A stretch of 64,000 nt of DNA from Acidimicrobiia bacterium (lineage in GTDB: Bacteria > Actinomycetota > Acidimicrobiia > Spongiisociales > ZC4RG35): positions 3,008 through 67,007 of the forward strand of contig JACCTH010000043.1 of assembly GCA_013812505.1 (NCBI GenBank). The letters run 5' to 3'. The notes beneath the pieces are model-generated. The model was not told the origin of the DNA. It worked only from the letters and a program-made list of their open reading frames with translations, and did not search any database. Of the stretch, positions 9,104 through 18,400 are shown one piece after another (the first letter of the stretch is position 1; each line of letters opens with the position of its first letter). The translations under genes were made by a program, and so were the position numbers.

Positions 9104-9703
9104 TTAGCCGAGGACCTGGCGCTTTTGCGCCTCGTACTCCGCATCGGTGAGACGGCCCTCGTCGTGGAGCTTCGAGAGGATCTGCAGCTGCTCGGCTCTC
9201 GACACTCCCTGGCCGCCGCGCTCAAGGGTCAGCATCCGCTCTTCCCGAGCCTTATAGATCAGATTCTTCTTCTCTTCGGCTCGCGGAATGTCGCTATAGA
9301 GGGTCTGTCCGGTCTCTCCCGCCGATTCGATCATCACATCGCCGCTACCCACCATCCGTTCAAACACGGACTGATTGAAGGAGACGGTGTTGATCATCTC
9401 GAGCGGGATCTCTTTGCCCGCCTTGCTGATGAAGCCACTGCGCTGGATGACCCGCTCGTTCGTGATGACATGGTCGGTCGTCATCCAATCGACCAATTTG
9501 CGGATCGTCACAACGAACCACAACACCGCCACCGCAATTGGGCCCCAAAAGGACCAGGGAGCAGGGCTGAACACCAGCAACACGACGACCAGCGCGATCG
9601 CGAGCAGAGTAAGACCGAGGGGACCGAGGATGGCGGTCCAATGGGGTTTGAACTCGGATACCACCTCTTCGCCAGGACTGAGCAGCTTTTTCGAGTAGGC
9701 CAC
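9104..9703 (-). CDS. Membrane bacterial-PH (YdbS/T-like) domain protein with C-terminal SHOCT domain
   Basis: 199 aa. Two TM helices, then a bPH-like segment (DHVITNERVIQRSGFISKAGKEIPLEMINTV). The C-terminus AEQLQILSKLHDEGRLTDAEYEAQKRQVL is a SHOCT-type motif. Confidence 0.75.
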   Translation of the reverse strand: MAYSKKLLSPGEEVVSEFKPHWTAILGPLGLTLLAIALVVVLLVFSPAPWSFWGPIAVAVLWFVVTIRKLVDWMTTDHVITNERVIQRSGFISKAGKEIPLEMINTVSFNQSVFERMVGSGDVMIESAGETGQTLYSDIPRAEEKKNLIYKAREERMLTLERGGQGVSRAEQLQILSKLHDEGRLTDAEYEAQKRQVLG

Positions 9704-9752
9704 GCAGCGACGTTAGCAATCGGGCCTTGGCGCGGACCTCCGCGAAAACATG

Positions 9753-9781
9753 TTGCAGCAACTCGACTCGTCGTTTACATT
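9753..9781 (+). promoter_or_regulatory. Candidate sigma70-type promoter TTGCAG-N17-TACATT
   Basis: -35 at 9753-9758 and -10 at 9776-9781 (TANNNT). No ORF follows; it precedes a chain of hairpins. Confidence 0.3.
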
Positions 9782-9787
9782 CGCTGG

Positions 9788-9975
9788 TGCGGCGGTCTTC
9801 GGACCCCACGCAATTGTCACCCTGAGATTGTGGGCCTTCGGGTCGTCGTCTCAGCGAGGACGTAGTCCCTAGATGGGACTCGTGTGCGACCTTCGGGTCA
9901 GCACCTGGAAGGCCCCGAGAGGGTGGAGATTCGTCAAAGCTCCCTCGGGGTCTTCTCTTTCTGTTTCTCCCCCCG
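9788..9975 (+). ncRNA. Candidate structured small RNA (three C(UUCG)G hairpins plus a terminator-like hairpin)
   Basis: Hairpins at 9794-9805, 9805-9834, 9833-9844, 9847-9862, 9864-9880 and 9888-9899. Terminal hairpin at 9913-9950, followed by a T/C-rich tail to about 9975. No credible ORF. Confidence 0.3.
9913..9975 (+). terminator. Terminator-like hairpin, copy 1 of a paralogous pair
   Basis: ccccgagaggg-N18-ccctcgggg followed by tcttctctttctgtttctcc. Similar in sequence to 10467-10519. Confidence 0.4.
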
Positions 9976-10246
9976 CAAGTGTCGCTTTATCCGGGCCGAA
10001 ATCGCCTGCCCGCCGCCAACTCTCCGACTGCGCGTAATTTGTCCTCAGGCGAACGCCCAAAACCAAATCTGTCCCGTGGCGAACGGTACTCGTTAGCCAC
10101 AGGACGAATTTCCCAAATAGCGTTCCTGTGGCGACAAATTATGTCGGGAGCCAGGTGGGGTCCGCTCCCTTTGATGATTCGGTTGTGAGCGGTCGATTTC
10201 TTCCGATGCTGGGCGTCACCGCGGTAGAGACTGGGGGCGGTTTTGC

Positions 10247-10274
10247 TTTCTTCCCCCCGAAAGGGGGGAAGAAA
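10247..10274. repeat. Perfect 12-bp hairpin tttcttcccccc-GAAA-ggggggaagaaa
   Basis: Read directly from the sequence. A relative (ttctcccc-ccgaa-ggggagaa) sits at 30335-30357. Confidence 0.85.
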
Positions 10275-10331
10275 CGCGGGAAGAGAGCGAAAACAAAACA
10301 GCCGGTCGCGAAATTTTGATAGGCCTCCGGC

Positions 10332-10361
10332 TTGACGTCCCGACTTTCCGTCGCCTAAGTT
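10332..10361 (+). promoter_or_regulatory. Candidate sigma70-type promoter TTGACG-N18-TAAGTT
   Basis: -35 matches TTGACA in 5 of 6 positions. -10 fits TANNNT. Lies about 240 nt upstream of the nuclease gene start. Confidence 0.4.
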
Positions 10362-10367
10362 GGCAAA

Positions 10368-10519
10368 GTCGGTTGGAGGCGACTCCAGCAGACCCAAGTC
10401 AGCCGAGAGGCGGGACGGGAGTCGGGTGAAGAACGAGCTTTGTCTCGGAGTTCAAACGACAGAGGACCCCGAGAGGGTACGAGCTTGTCTCGCAGCTCTC
10501 TCGGGGTTTTCTTCTTTTC
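10368..10519 (+). ncRNA. Candidate ~150-nt small RNA or terminated leader
   Basis: Starts downstream of the 10332-10361 promoter. Contains ggag-GCGA-ctcc (10375-10386). Ends in the hairpin 10467-10506 plus ttttcttcttttc. Confidence 0.3.
10467..10519 (+). terminator. Intrinsic-terminator-like hairpin, copy 2
   Basis: ccccgagag(gg)-loop-(ct)ctctcgggg: 9 perfect bp, extendable to 11 with one G-U. Followed by TTTTCTTCTTTTC. Confidence 0.5.
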
Positions 10520-10589
10520 GAGGGTCCAATCTTTCACCCGAACCGGGGGGTTCCACGGGGTAAATTCCAAATCTGTCATTTGCTCGCCG

Positions 10590-10595
10590 TATATT
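10590..10595 (+). promoter_or_regulatory. -10 box TATATT positioned for a leaderless transcript of the nuclease gene
   Basis: TATATT ends 6 nt before ATG 10602. No SD-like sequence lies between them. Confidence 0.35.
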
Positions 10596-10601
10596 CCCAA
10601 C

Positions 10602-11381
10602 ATGACCTTGGAGACGTTGTCGCCCAGTCGAGCCGGTGATTTCAAGACCTGTCCGCAGCTGTTCCGGTTTCGGGCCATCGACCATCTCCCCGAGCCCACC
10701 ACTCCGCAGCAAGCCAGGGGGACAACTTCGCATCTGGCTCTGCAACGGTTCTACGAGCTGGAGCGAGCCGACCGCTCCCCAAACCGCCTCTATGACCTTT
10801 TTCGCCAGGCGTGGGGAGAGATCCGCAACGAGGAGGAGTTCACCGACCTTTTTGCCAGCCCTGACGAGGAGCGCCAATGGGGAATCGACTCGTTGGAGCT
10901 GCTCGCCAACTACTTCCAACTCGAAGACCCCAACTCCTTCGACCCCCTAGAACGCGAGCTCGACCTGCTCGAACCAATTGGCGAGGGAATGATGATTCGG
11001 GGCATCCTCGACCGAGTGGACCGGCGTACTGACGGCCGGATCGTCATTACCGACTACAAAACCGGGACAGCGCCGCCCGAGACCTATTCAATCCCCGCCT
11101 TCTTCGCTCTCAAGATCTATGCGTTGCTCATCCGACGCCATCTCGGAGAGACCCCGGTCGAAGTACGGCTGCTCTATCTCAACGGTCCCACGATGTATCG
11201 GTTCCCGGTCGATGATCGTCAGCTCGACGCCATGGAGCGCCAGCTCAACGCCTTATGGTCGGCGATCAACCGGGCCATCGAACGTGATCACTTCCCCCCC
11301 CGAACCGGACCGTTGTGCAACTGGTGCTCGTTCCGGCCTCAGTGCCCTGCTTGGCAGAATCTGGAAGCTCTCGCTGGTTAG
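10602..11381 (+). CDS. PD-(D/E)XK nuclease, RecB/Cas4-like with C-terminal Cys cluster
   Basis: MTLETLSPSRAGDFKTCPQLFRFRAI; DRVD....IVITDYKTG (nuclease D..(D/E)xK core); C-terminal CNWCSFRPQCP. ATG 10602 chosen because the ORF-track start 10440 lies in the non-coding repeat region. Confidence 0.82.
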   Translation: MTLETLSPSRAGDFKTCPQLFRFRAIDHLPEPTTPQQARGTTSHLALQRFYELERADRSPNRLYDLFRQAWGEIRNEEEFTDLFASPDEERQWGIDSLELLANYFQLEDPNSFDPLERELDLLEPIGEGMMIRGILDRVDRRTDGRIVITDYKTGTAPPETYSIPAFFALKIYALLIRRHLGETPVEVRLLYLNGPTMYRFPVDDRQLDAMERQLNALWSAINRAIERDHFPPRTGPLCNWCSFRPQCPAWQNLEALAG

Positions 11382-11483
11382 GTAGGGCTCAAGTCCCTAA
11401 AGCAATTTCGCCAAAGCGCCGATAACCCTTCCTCGGATAGGGATGCACCGGGTCCGAGCCCGGTAGGACCTCGGGAGGGTCGA

Positions 11484-12317
11484 GTGAAGCGAGCGATTTT
11501 GCTGGGCATCACCACGGTGATGTGGGTAGCTGCAAGCCAGGTCATCAGCGGTGCAACCGCACCACCACGAGTCGTCGACCTCACTGCCAACGATCTCGAC
11601 GCGGAACGAAATCTCGAGACTCCGTTGCAGAACCTCAACGCAGATGGCATCGGAGTAATTATCGAAGGCGCCTTGTACGACTCCTTCGAAGCCTTCCTCA
11701 ACCGGGTGGGACGATCCCCGGCTTCGACTTTCTCGGTCGAGGAGATCCCCCTGCCAACCGCTCCGGCAACGACTTCCGCGGCAACGACCACCACCACCGG
11801 TCCAACCGCAACCAATCCATCGACCACAGTCACCGCCCGTCCTGTGGCGACGACAGCGCCGCCGGCAACCACCTCCGCCCCGGCAACTACCGCGCCACCC
11901 ACGACGGCTCCGCCACCCATCACCACCGCCCCGCCTGCCACCACAATCCCCGCGGGAAATTTCGACGGCGGGGCCGAGGCAGACTTCCTCGGTCGAATCA
12001 ACGGGCTGCGAGGCTCGGTTGGGGTTGGGGCGCTCACGTCGAATGCGGAGCTGAACAATTACGCTCGCTGGTGGGCCAAGGAGATGGCGGACTCTGACAA
12101 CTTTGCCCACTCCAACATCGGCTCGCTGCTCAACCCCTGGACCATCGTCGGCGAGAACATCGCCTACGGGGCCAGTGTGTCGGCCATGTTCACGGGCTTG
12201 ACCAACAGCTCCGGCCACTACAACAACATGATCGAATCCCGGTACACCTCGGTCGGAGTTGGCGTCTACGTAGACTCAAGCGGCCGTCTCTGGACCTGTC
12301 ACGTCTTCGCCGGCTAA
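11484..12317 (+). CDS. Secreted CAP/SCP (PR-1-like) domain protein with Thr/Pro-rich linker
   Basis: Signal-like N-terminus, a long T/P/A linker, and a C-terminal CAP domain (NNYARWWAKEMA..FAHSN, GENIAYG, SSGHYNNM, YTSVGVG). GGGAGGG lies upstream of the GTG start. Confidence 0.82.
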   Translation: MKRAILLGITTVMWVAASQVISGATAPPRVVDLTANDLDAERNLETPLQNLNADGIGVIIEGALYDSFEAFLNRVGRSPASTFSVEEIPLPTAPATTSAATTTTTGPTATNPSTTVTARPVATTAPPATTSAPATTAPPTTAPPPITTAPPATTIPAGNFDGGAEADFLGRINGLRGSVGVGALTSNAELNNYARWWAKEMADSDNFAHSNIGSLLNPWTIVGENIAYGASVSAMFTGLTNSSGHYNNMIESRYTSVGVGVYVDSSGRLWTCHVFAG

Positions 12318-12476
12318 CGATCGGTTCTTGTCACACCGAGCCGATAGGTTCGGCTGTATGGAAATCAATCAAGCCCTCGACATCATTGCCAGCGCTGGTC
12401 TCGTCTTTGAGGTTGTATACGCAGGTGACGGAACCCACTGTCCGCTCTGCCTCCGGCGGGAGACCCAGCAGGCCGC

Positions 12477-15452
12477 ATGACCGCTGATCTCAGGATCGGT
12501 CCGTCCGACTGGGATCCAGCGATTACCCATACCGATGGGCCTCAGATCATCGTGGCCGGACCGGGCACCGGGAAGACCGAGTTCCTGGTTCGCAGGGCGG
12601 TCTACCTCATTCATGCCAATCGGGCCTTGTCCGGTGAGGTCCTGTTGCTCTCCTTCTCACGACGAACCGCGGCCGACCTCACCCGTCGGGCCAGCCGCAC
12701 CGGCCTGCCGATCCCCGGCATCGCGACCTTTCACGCGTTCTGCCGCCGCCTGCTCGAGACCTTCGCCACCAAGGGCGTCGAACCGGTGCCGGCTCTCCTC
12801 ACCGGACTCGAGCAGGTCGGCCTGGTACACGAGCTGCTGACCACCGAGGATCCGGCGAAATGGCCGGTCCCTCTCCGGGCATTGCTCATCTCGCCGACGT
12901 TGGCCGACGAAGTCGCCGACTTTCTCCTGCGGTGCCAGGAGCGCCTAATCGACGAAACCCGCTTGCGAACGCTCGCATTGCAACGGCCTCGGTGGGCAGC
13001 CCTCCCCGACTTCATGACCCGCTATCAGGCCGAGCTCGACACTCGCCGGCGACTTGATTACGCCGCTCTCCTCTCGCGGGCGACCACTCTGTTAGAAAGC
13101 GACGACGTCCGCCGGCAGGTTGCCCGGCAGTTCCCCTACGTGCTCGTCGACGAGTACCAAGACACATCGCCGGCCCAAGCCCGGCTGCTCGAGCTGCTGA
13201 CCGCAGACCATCGCAACCTGACAGTCACCGGTGACCCCTACCAATCGATTTACTCGTTTCGCGGGGCCGAGCTCGGCAACGTCGCCGAGTTCCCCGAGCG
13301 CTTCCGCGATCTCTCTGGCGAGCAGGGACAGCGAATCATCCTCACGACCAGCTTTCGCGTGCCGGCGGCGATCCTCGCCGGGGCAGGGCGAGTAGTTGCC
13401 GGTGGTGACCTTCCTGGCGAGGCGGGACCGGTGACTCCCGCGCCTCACACCGGGCGGGTCGAGGCTCACGTCTTTGACCAAGCCAGCGGTGAAGCTGATT
13501 GGATCGCATCGGAAGCCGAACGGATCCATCTCGAAGAACGTATCCCCTACCGACGGCTTGGAGTGCTCGTCCGCTCGAGCCGCCACCTGCTGCCGGAGCT
13601 CTCACGTGCCCTCGACCGGCGCTCGATCCCCCATCGCCGGCCCGATCGCCGGTTGACCGACCATCCCGCGGTCAAGGTGATCTTCGACCTGGCCAAAGCG
13701 GCTTGGGCCGACGAGCTCGCCAAGGATCCGAACAACGGACCTGGACTAGTCGACGAGGCCGACCGCGCGATGCGTCGACTCCTGCTCGGACCACTTCTCC
13801 AGCTCTCGCTCGGACAGGAAAGGGAGCTCTTGCGTATCCGTCGCCGCACCCACCGGCCGTGGAGCTCGATCCTCGCCGAGGCAAGCGTGGGCTCGTCCCA
13901 ACTTCACTCGCTATTGGCCGAGACCGGTTGGTGTCTGAAGGTGCCGGCAATAAAGGGTTTCTGGGAAGCCTGGACCACCGTTCCCGAGTTCCTTCGGTAT
14001 GTGAGCGACCCGGGCTGTCGCGAAGATCGCCAAGCGTTGAGCGACTTTGCCCAAACCCTCGATCAACAGGCTGAACGAGATGCCGGAGTCGACTTGATTG
14101 CCTACGAAAGGTTGGCCAGCCAGGATGACTTCGAGGCGGTGCCTTTGCTGAGCCTCCAGCCAAGTCGCGGCGACCAGCTCATCCTCACCACCCTCCACCA
14201 GGCGAAGGGCATCGAATTCGATGTTGTCTTCATCGCCGACTCGGCCGAAGGAGTGTTTCCGAACCTGGCCCGGAGCCGGGCGTTGTTGCGCCCCGAACAG
14301 CTCGCTGTCGGCACCGATCCCGACGCCCTTCATCGATTTCGGTTGCAGGAAGAGATGCGTCTCGCGTACACCGCCATGACCCGCGCCAAAGCCAGGGTGA
14401 TCTGGACCGCAACGGCCGCCGCGATCGATGAAGGGGAACGGCGCCCGAGCCGGTTTTTGCTGGCGGCCGTCGGCGCCGCGTCATTCAACGAGATCGGTCC
14501 CCCGGCTGAGACGCGCCCCCCGGTCACGCCCAACGAGGCGCAGGCCCACCTGCGCCTCACCATCTCTGATCCGGCGTTACCCGCCGTCGATCGCCTCGCC
14601 GCGCTGGCGGTCCTTGTTGAAACCGAACCCGATCCGCGACGTCTGGCCGGTATCTCAGAACCCGGACCCGACCACGGCGTCATCACCACACCCTTGCGGA
14701 TGAGCCCGACCAGCGCCCAGGCTTACGACACTTGCCCTCGCCGATATGTCCTCGAAAACCATCTCGACGCCACCGATGGATCTTCGGTGTATGCCCAATA
14801 CGGGGGTCTCGTTCACCTAGCGCTGGAGCACACCGAAAAGGACGCGATCGCGGCCGGGCTTCCTCATGGCACCACCGAATCCGCTGTGTCGCACCTCGGC
14901 CGGATCTGGGAAGCAAATGCCGACTTTGGCTCGCCGGTCCTGAACCATGCTTGGAAACGAAAAGCGCAAAAGCTCCTTACCCAGATGTACGAGAACTGGC
15001 CCGGCAAAGATGCGATCGGACTGCAAGCGGAGTGCAAGGTGAGCACCGACATCGGCAATGTTGTGTGGACCGGACGGGTCGACCGAATCGAAACGCAGTC
15101 GTCGGGCCACCTTCGAATCGTCGACTACAAGACGGGCACCGGAGCGCCGCCGCAGGCTGAGGCGGCCGAATCTCTCCAGTTGGGCTTCTACATGCTGGCT
15201 GTCCAAAACGACCCCGAGCTATCGCGCCTCGGCCTCGCTACCGAAGCCCAGCTCTGGTATCCGGAACGCGACATGGCGGTTCGGTCCTTCAACGCCAACA
15301 ATCTGGCCAACGTCACTGTCAAGCTCGGTGAGGTCGCCGGTTCGATCTTGTCCGAAGACTGGGCGCCGAGACCAGGCAGCCATTGCGACCGTTGCACGGT
15401 TCGGCTTGTTTGCCCGGCCTGGCCAGAGGGCCGAGAAGGGTTTCGGCAATGA
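12477..15452 (+). CDS. adnA: UvrD-like helicase / RecB-like nuclease subunit (AdnA-type)
   Basis: 991 aa. Walker A AGPGTGKTE, DEYQDTSP, TSFR, and a C-terminal nuclease core GRVDRIE...LRIVDYKTG plus Cys cluster CDRCTVRLVCP. Confidence 0.78.
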   Translation: MTADLRIGPSDWDPAITHTDGPQIIVAGPGTGKTEFLVRRAVYLIHANRALSGEVLLLSFSRRTAADLTRRASRTGLPIPGIATFHAFCRRLLETFATKGVEPVPALLTGLEQVGLVHELLTTEDPAKWPVPLRALLISPTLADEVADFLLRCQERLIDETRLRTLALQRPRWAALPDFMTRYQAELDTRRRLDYAALLSRATTLLESDDVRRQVARQFPYVLVDEYQDTSPAQARLLELLTADHRNLTVTGDPYQSIYSFRGAELGNVAEFPERFRDLSGEQGQRIILTTSFRVPAAILAGAGRVVAGGDLPGEAGPVTPAPHTGRVEAHVFDQASGEADWIASEAERIHLEERIPYRRLGVLVRSSRHLLPELSRALDRRSIPHRRPDRRLTDHPAVKVIFDLAKAAWADELAKDPNNGPGLVDEADRAMRRLLLGPLLQLSLGQERELLRIRRRTHRPWSSILAEASVGSSQLHSLLAETGWCLKVPAIKGFWEAWTTVPEFLRYVSDPGCREDRQALSDFAQTLDQQAERDAGVDLIAYERLASQDDFEAVPLLSLQPSRGDQLILTTLHQAKGIEFDVVFIADSAEGVFPNLARSRALLRPEQLAVGTDPDALHRFRLQEEMRLAYTAMTRAKARVIWTATAAAIDEGERRPSRFLLAAVGAASFNEIGPPAETRPPVTPNEAQAHLRLTISDPALPAVDRLAALAVLVETEPDPRRLAGISEPGPDHGVITTPLRMSPTSAQAYDTCPRRYVLENHLDATDGSSVYAQYGGLVHLALEHTEKDAIAAGLPHGTTESAVSHLGRIWEANADFGSPVLNHAWKRKAQKLLTQMYENWPGKDAIGLQAECKVSTDIGNVVWTGRVDRIETQSSGHLRIVDYKTGTGAPPQAEAAESLQLGFYMLAVQNDPELSRLGLATEAQLWYPERDMAVRSFNANNLANVTVKLGEVAGSILSEDWAPRPGSHCDRCTVRLVCPAWPEGREGFRQ

Positions 15453-18400
15453 ACCCGGTCCCGGTCCCCGAACAACTGGCGGTCGTCGAATATCCATTGG
15501 CTCCGCTGCGAGTCGCCGCCGGCGCCGGGACTGGCAAGACCGCCACGATCGCAATGCGAATCGTTCGGCTCGTCACCGAGCTCGGGATCGAACCTGAATC
15601 GATTCTCAGCATCACTTTCACCAACAAGGCAGCCGCCGAGCTCGCCGACCGCATCCGGGCCGCGTTGGGAACGCGAGTTGAGGGCGGACGAGAAATCGAG
15701 GTTCATACCTATCACGGCTTTGCCCATCAGATCTTGCGGGAATATGGAGCGCTGGTTGGAGTCGAGCGGGCCACCCAAGTCATCACCCCGACGTTCTCCC
15801 GCCAGCTCATCGAGGTCGTGATGGCCGGAGTCGATCTGCCTTCGCTCAATCCCGCCAACCGCGCGAATGTCGACGACATCCGCTCGCTCGGCTCTGCCCT
15901 CGGCGACAATCTGCTCGTGCCGGACGACATCGCGGTGCCGGACCCCGCTCCGCACAAGGCGTGGGAAAGCCGCACGTCGCTGTTGAAGGCGCTGCGCGCC
16001 TATCAACATGAGAAGACTCGCCGCGGGGTCGTCGACTATGCCGACCTGATCCTCGCCGCGCACCGGCTGGTCGAGAGCTATCCGGAGGTCGCCGGTGAGA
16101 TTCGATCTCGGTACCAGGCGGTCATGCTCGACGAGTACCAGGACACCAACCCTGCCCAGCGGGAGCTATTGCGCAAGCTTTTCGGGAACGGATTCCCAAT
16201 CACCGCCGTCGGCGACGTCGATCAGACGATCTACGAATGGCGCGGGGCATCGTCACACAACTTCATCCACTTCCCCAGCCACTTTCGAACGACCGCGGGC
16301 GAGGAGGCGGCGAGCCTGCCCTTGACCCTCAACCGTCGCTCCCTGCCCGTGGTGGTCGAAGTCGCCAACGCTGTTCGGTCCCGGACCGGGTCTGAGCAGC
16401 AACTGCTCCGCCCCCTCGATGCCAACATCGGCGGCGAGGTTGCGGTGTCGTGGCACGCGGACGCGGTTCTCGAGGCACAAGAAATCGCCCGCAAGATCGA
16501 GGAGCTTTCCACCCAATATCAGTGGAAACAGATGGCGGTCCTGTTCCGGAAGAACAAGGACATGACCCTCGTCCATGACGCGTTGCGAGCCGCCGGGATT
16601 CCGGTCGAGGTGGCCAACTTGGGAGGCCTCCTGGCCGTGCCCGAGGTTGCCGATCTTCACGCCTGGCTGCGCCTGCTCCATGACCCCGAAGACACGCCGG
16701 CACTGTTCCGAATCCTGTTCGGCGCCCGCTACCGATTGGGCATGGGCGACCTGGTGCACCTGACCCGGTGGGCCAAGGCCCAGAACCGTTCCCAGATCGC
16801 CGATGAGGACGTCGAGCTCCCGCTCAACACTCTCCTCGAAGCCACCGACCACGTCGATGAGTTGGCCGATCTACGATCGCCGGCCCGGGCCGCGCTCGGC
16901 ACCTTCCGCGAGGAGTACCGGCGGTTGCTCGTCGACGCCCAGGGAGTCTCGTTGGTGGAGCTTTGCCGGCGAGTCCTCGACGCCACGGGTGCCTGGAATG
17001 ACCTCGCGGCGATGCCAGCTTCGTCACAGCTCAGCGCTCGCCTCAATCTCTACCGCTTCCTCGATCTGGCCGAAGATTGGAGCCCTTTGGAAGGGGCGCC
17101 ATCGCTTCAGGCATTTCTCTCTCATCTCGGGGCAATGGCCGAAGAGAAAGCAGAGGAGCTCGACACGGCGCGGCTGTCGGGCGAGGACGCGGTCACGCTC
17201 GTCACGGTCCATCGGGCAAAAGGCCTCGAGTGGGATGTCGTGTTTCTCCCGGCGGTCTACCAGAAGAACTTTCCCGCCGGCTCGATGGGTTTTGACAATC
17301 CCTTCACCAAGGGCCGAGTCTTGCCCTACGAGTACCGGCTCGATCGGGAGTGGCTCCCGGCCATCGACTCCCAGTTGTCCGATGACGAGAACAACGACCT
17401 CCTCCGAGAACAGCACGAACGGCAGGAATGGAGGATTGCGTACGTGGCAACCACCCGCGCCAAGGAGCGATTATTCGTCTCCGGGGCCTCCTGGTATGGG
17501 CGCACTGAGACCAACCGGAGACCGTCGCTACCGAGTGAGCTTTGGGAGGTCATCGCCAACCACCCCGCCACCAGAGTTGACTCGCGTCCACCTCCGCGTC
17601 ATCCGCCGCAGCCGACCGTGCTTCGCTTCGAGCACGAAGGTCCGGCGCCAGATCCGTTGTTCGCGGACGGCTGGGAAGCCGCCGTGAGGGCCGAGATCGA
17701 AAGTCCGGGAACTGCCGAAGAAACGGCTGTGGACCACGAGCTGTTCGGCGTGCGCAAACAAGAGTTCCAACAAATGCTCTTCGACCTGCCCGCACCGCTC
17801 GACCCGCTGGCCGAAGAGACCCCAACCTCCTCGGTCACCGGGTTGGTCACATTTGCCTCCTGCCCGCTGCGTTATCACTGGAGCGAGGTCGATCGCCTCC
17901 CGCGCATCTCGTCGGCCGCGGCTCGGCGTGGATCACTCGTCCATCGGGCGATCGAGCTCCACAACCGCGGCCAGGTGCCGCTCGAGGACTTGGAGACTTC
18001 AGACACCGACCCTCTCGATGCGTACGAGGGAACGTCGAGCTGGAACGGATTCCAAAAGAGCCGATTCGCAGAGGTTGCCCCGGCGATGATCGAGCAGCCG
18101 TTCCAAATGCGTTGGGACGGCCTCGATATCCGCGGTCGCATCGACGCGATTTACGGAGATGACGATTGGGAGATTGTCGACTTCAAGACCGGATCGGAAA
18201 GCCCTGATCCGGCGGTGCGAGCGGCGAGTCTCGTCCAGCTCCAAGCGTATGCCATCGCCGCTTCTGAGGGGCACCTCGGACGGCATCCAACCGGAACCAT
18301 CGCGGTCACGTTTGCTTATCTCGGAGCGAACGGAAGCGAAGTCACCTATCAAGCCGACGGCGAATGGCTGGCGGCGGCGCTCGAGCGAATCGACGAGATC

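Noticed and set aside
10340-10383. Interleaved helices (ccgacttt/aaagtcgg and gtcgcct/aggcgac) resembling an H-type pseudoknot; also the minus-strand string gacggaaagtcgggac, which recalls the RNase P GGAAAGUCCGG motif
   Set aside because: The 5' arms fall inside the predicted promoter (10332-10361), so they are probably not transcribed on the plus strand. No other conserved RNase P elements are present. Many alternative pairings exist because of repeated gtcg/cgac strings.
9987-10397. 136-aa minus-strand ORF and other 60-115-aa ORFs within the 9704-10601 gap
   Set aside because: They have no motifs, atypical composition for this genome's proteins, no SD or start-codon context, and they span the hairpin and repeat elements.
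10449-10462. gagttcaaacgac, resembling a tRNA T-loop (GTTCAAATC)
   Set aside because: No acceptor, D or anticodon arms can be built around it.
11378-12218. Minus-strand ORFs 11378-12058 and 11397-12218 opposite the CAP-domain gene
   Set aside because: They are antisense readings of the Thr/Pro-rich linker (G/V/A-rich), whereas the plus-strand product has a clear CAP domain and signal peptide.
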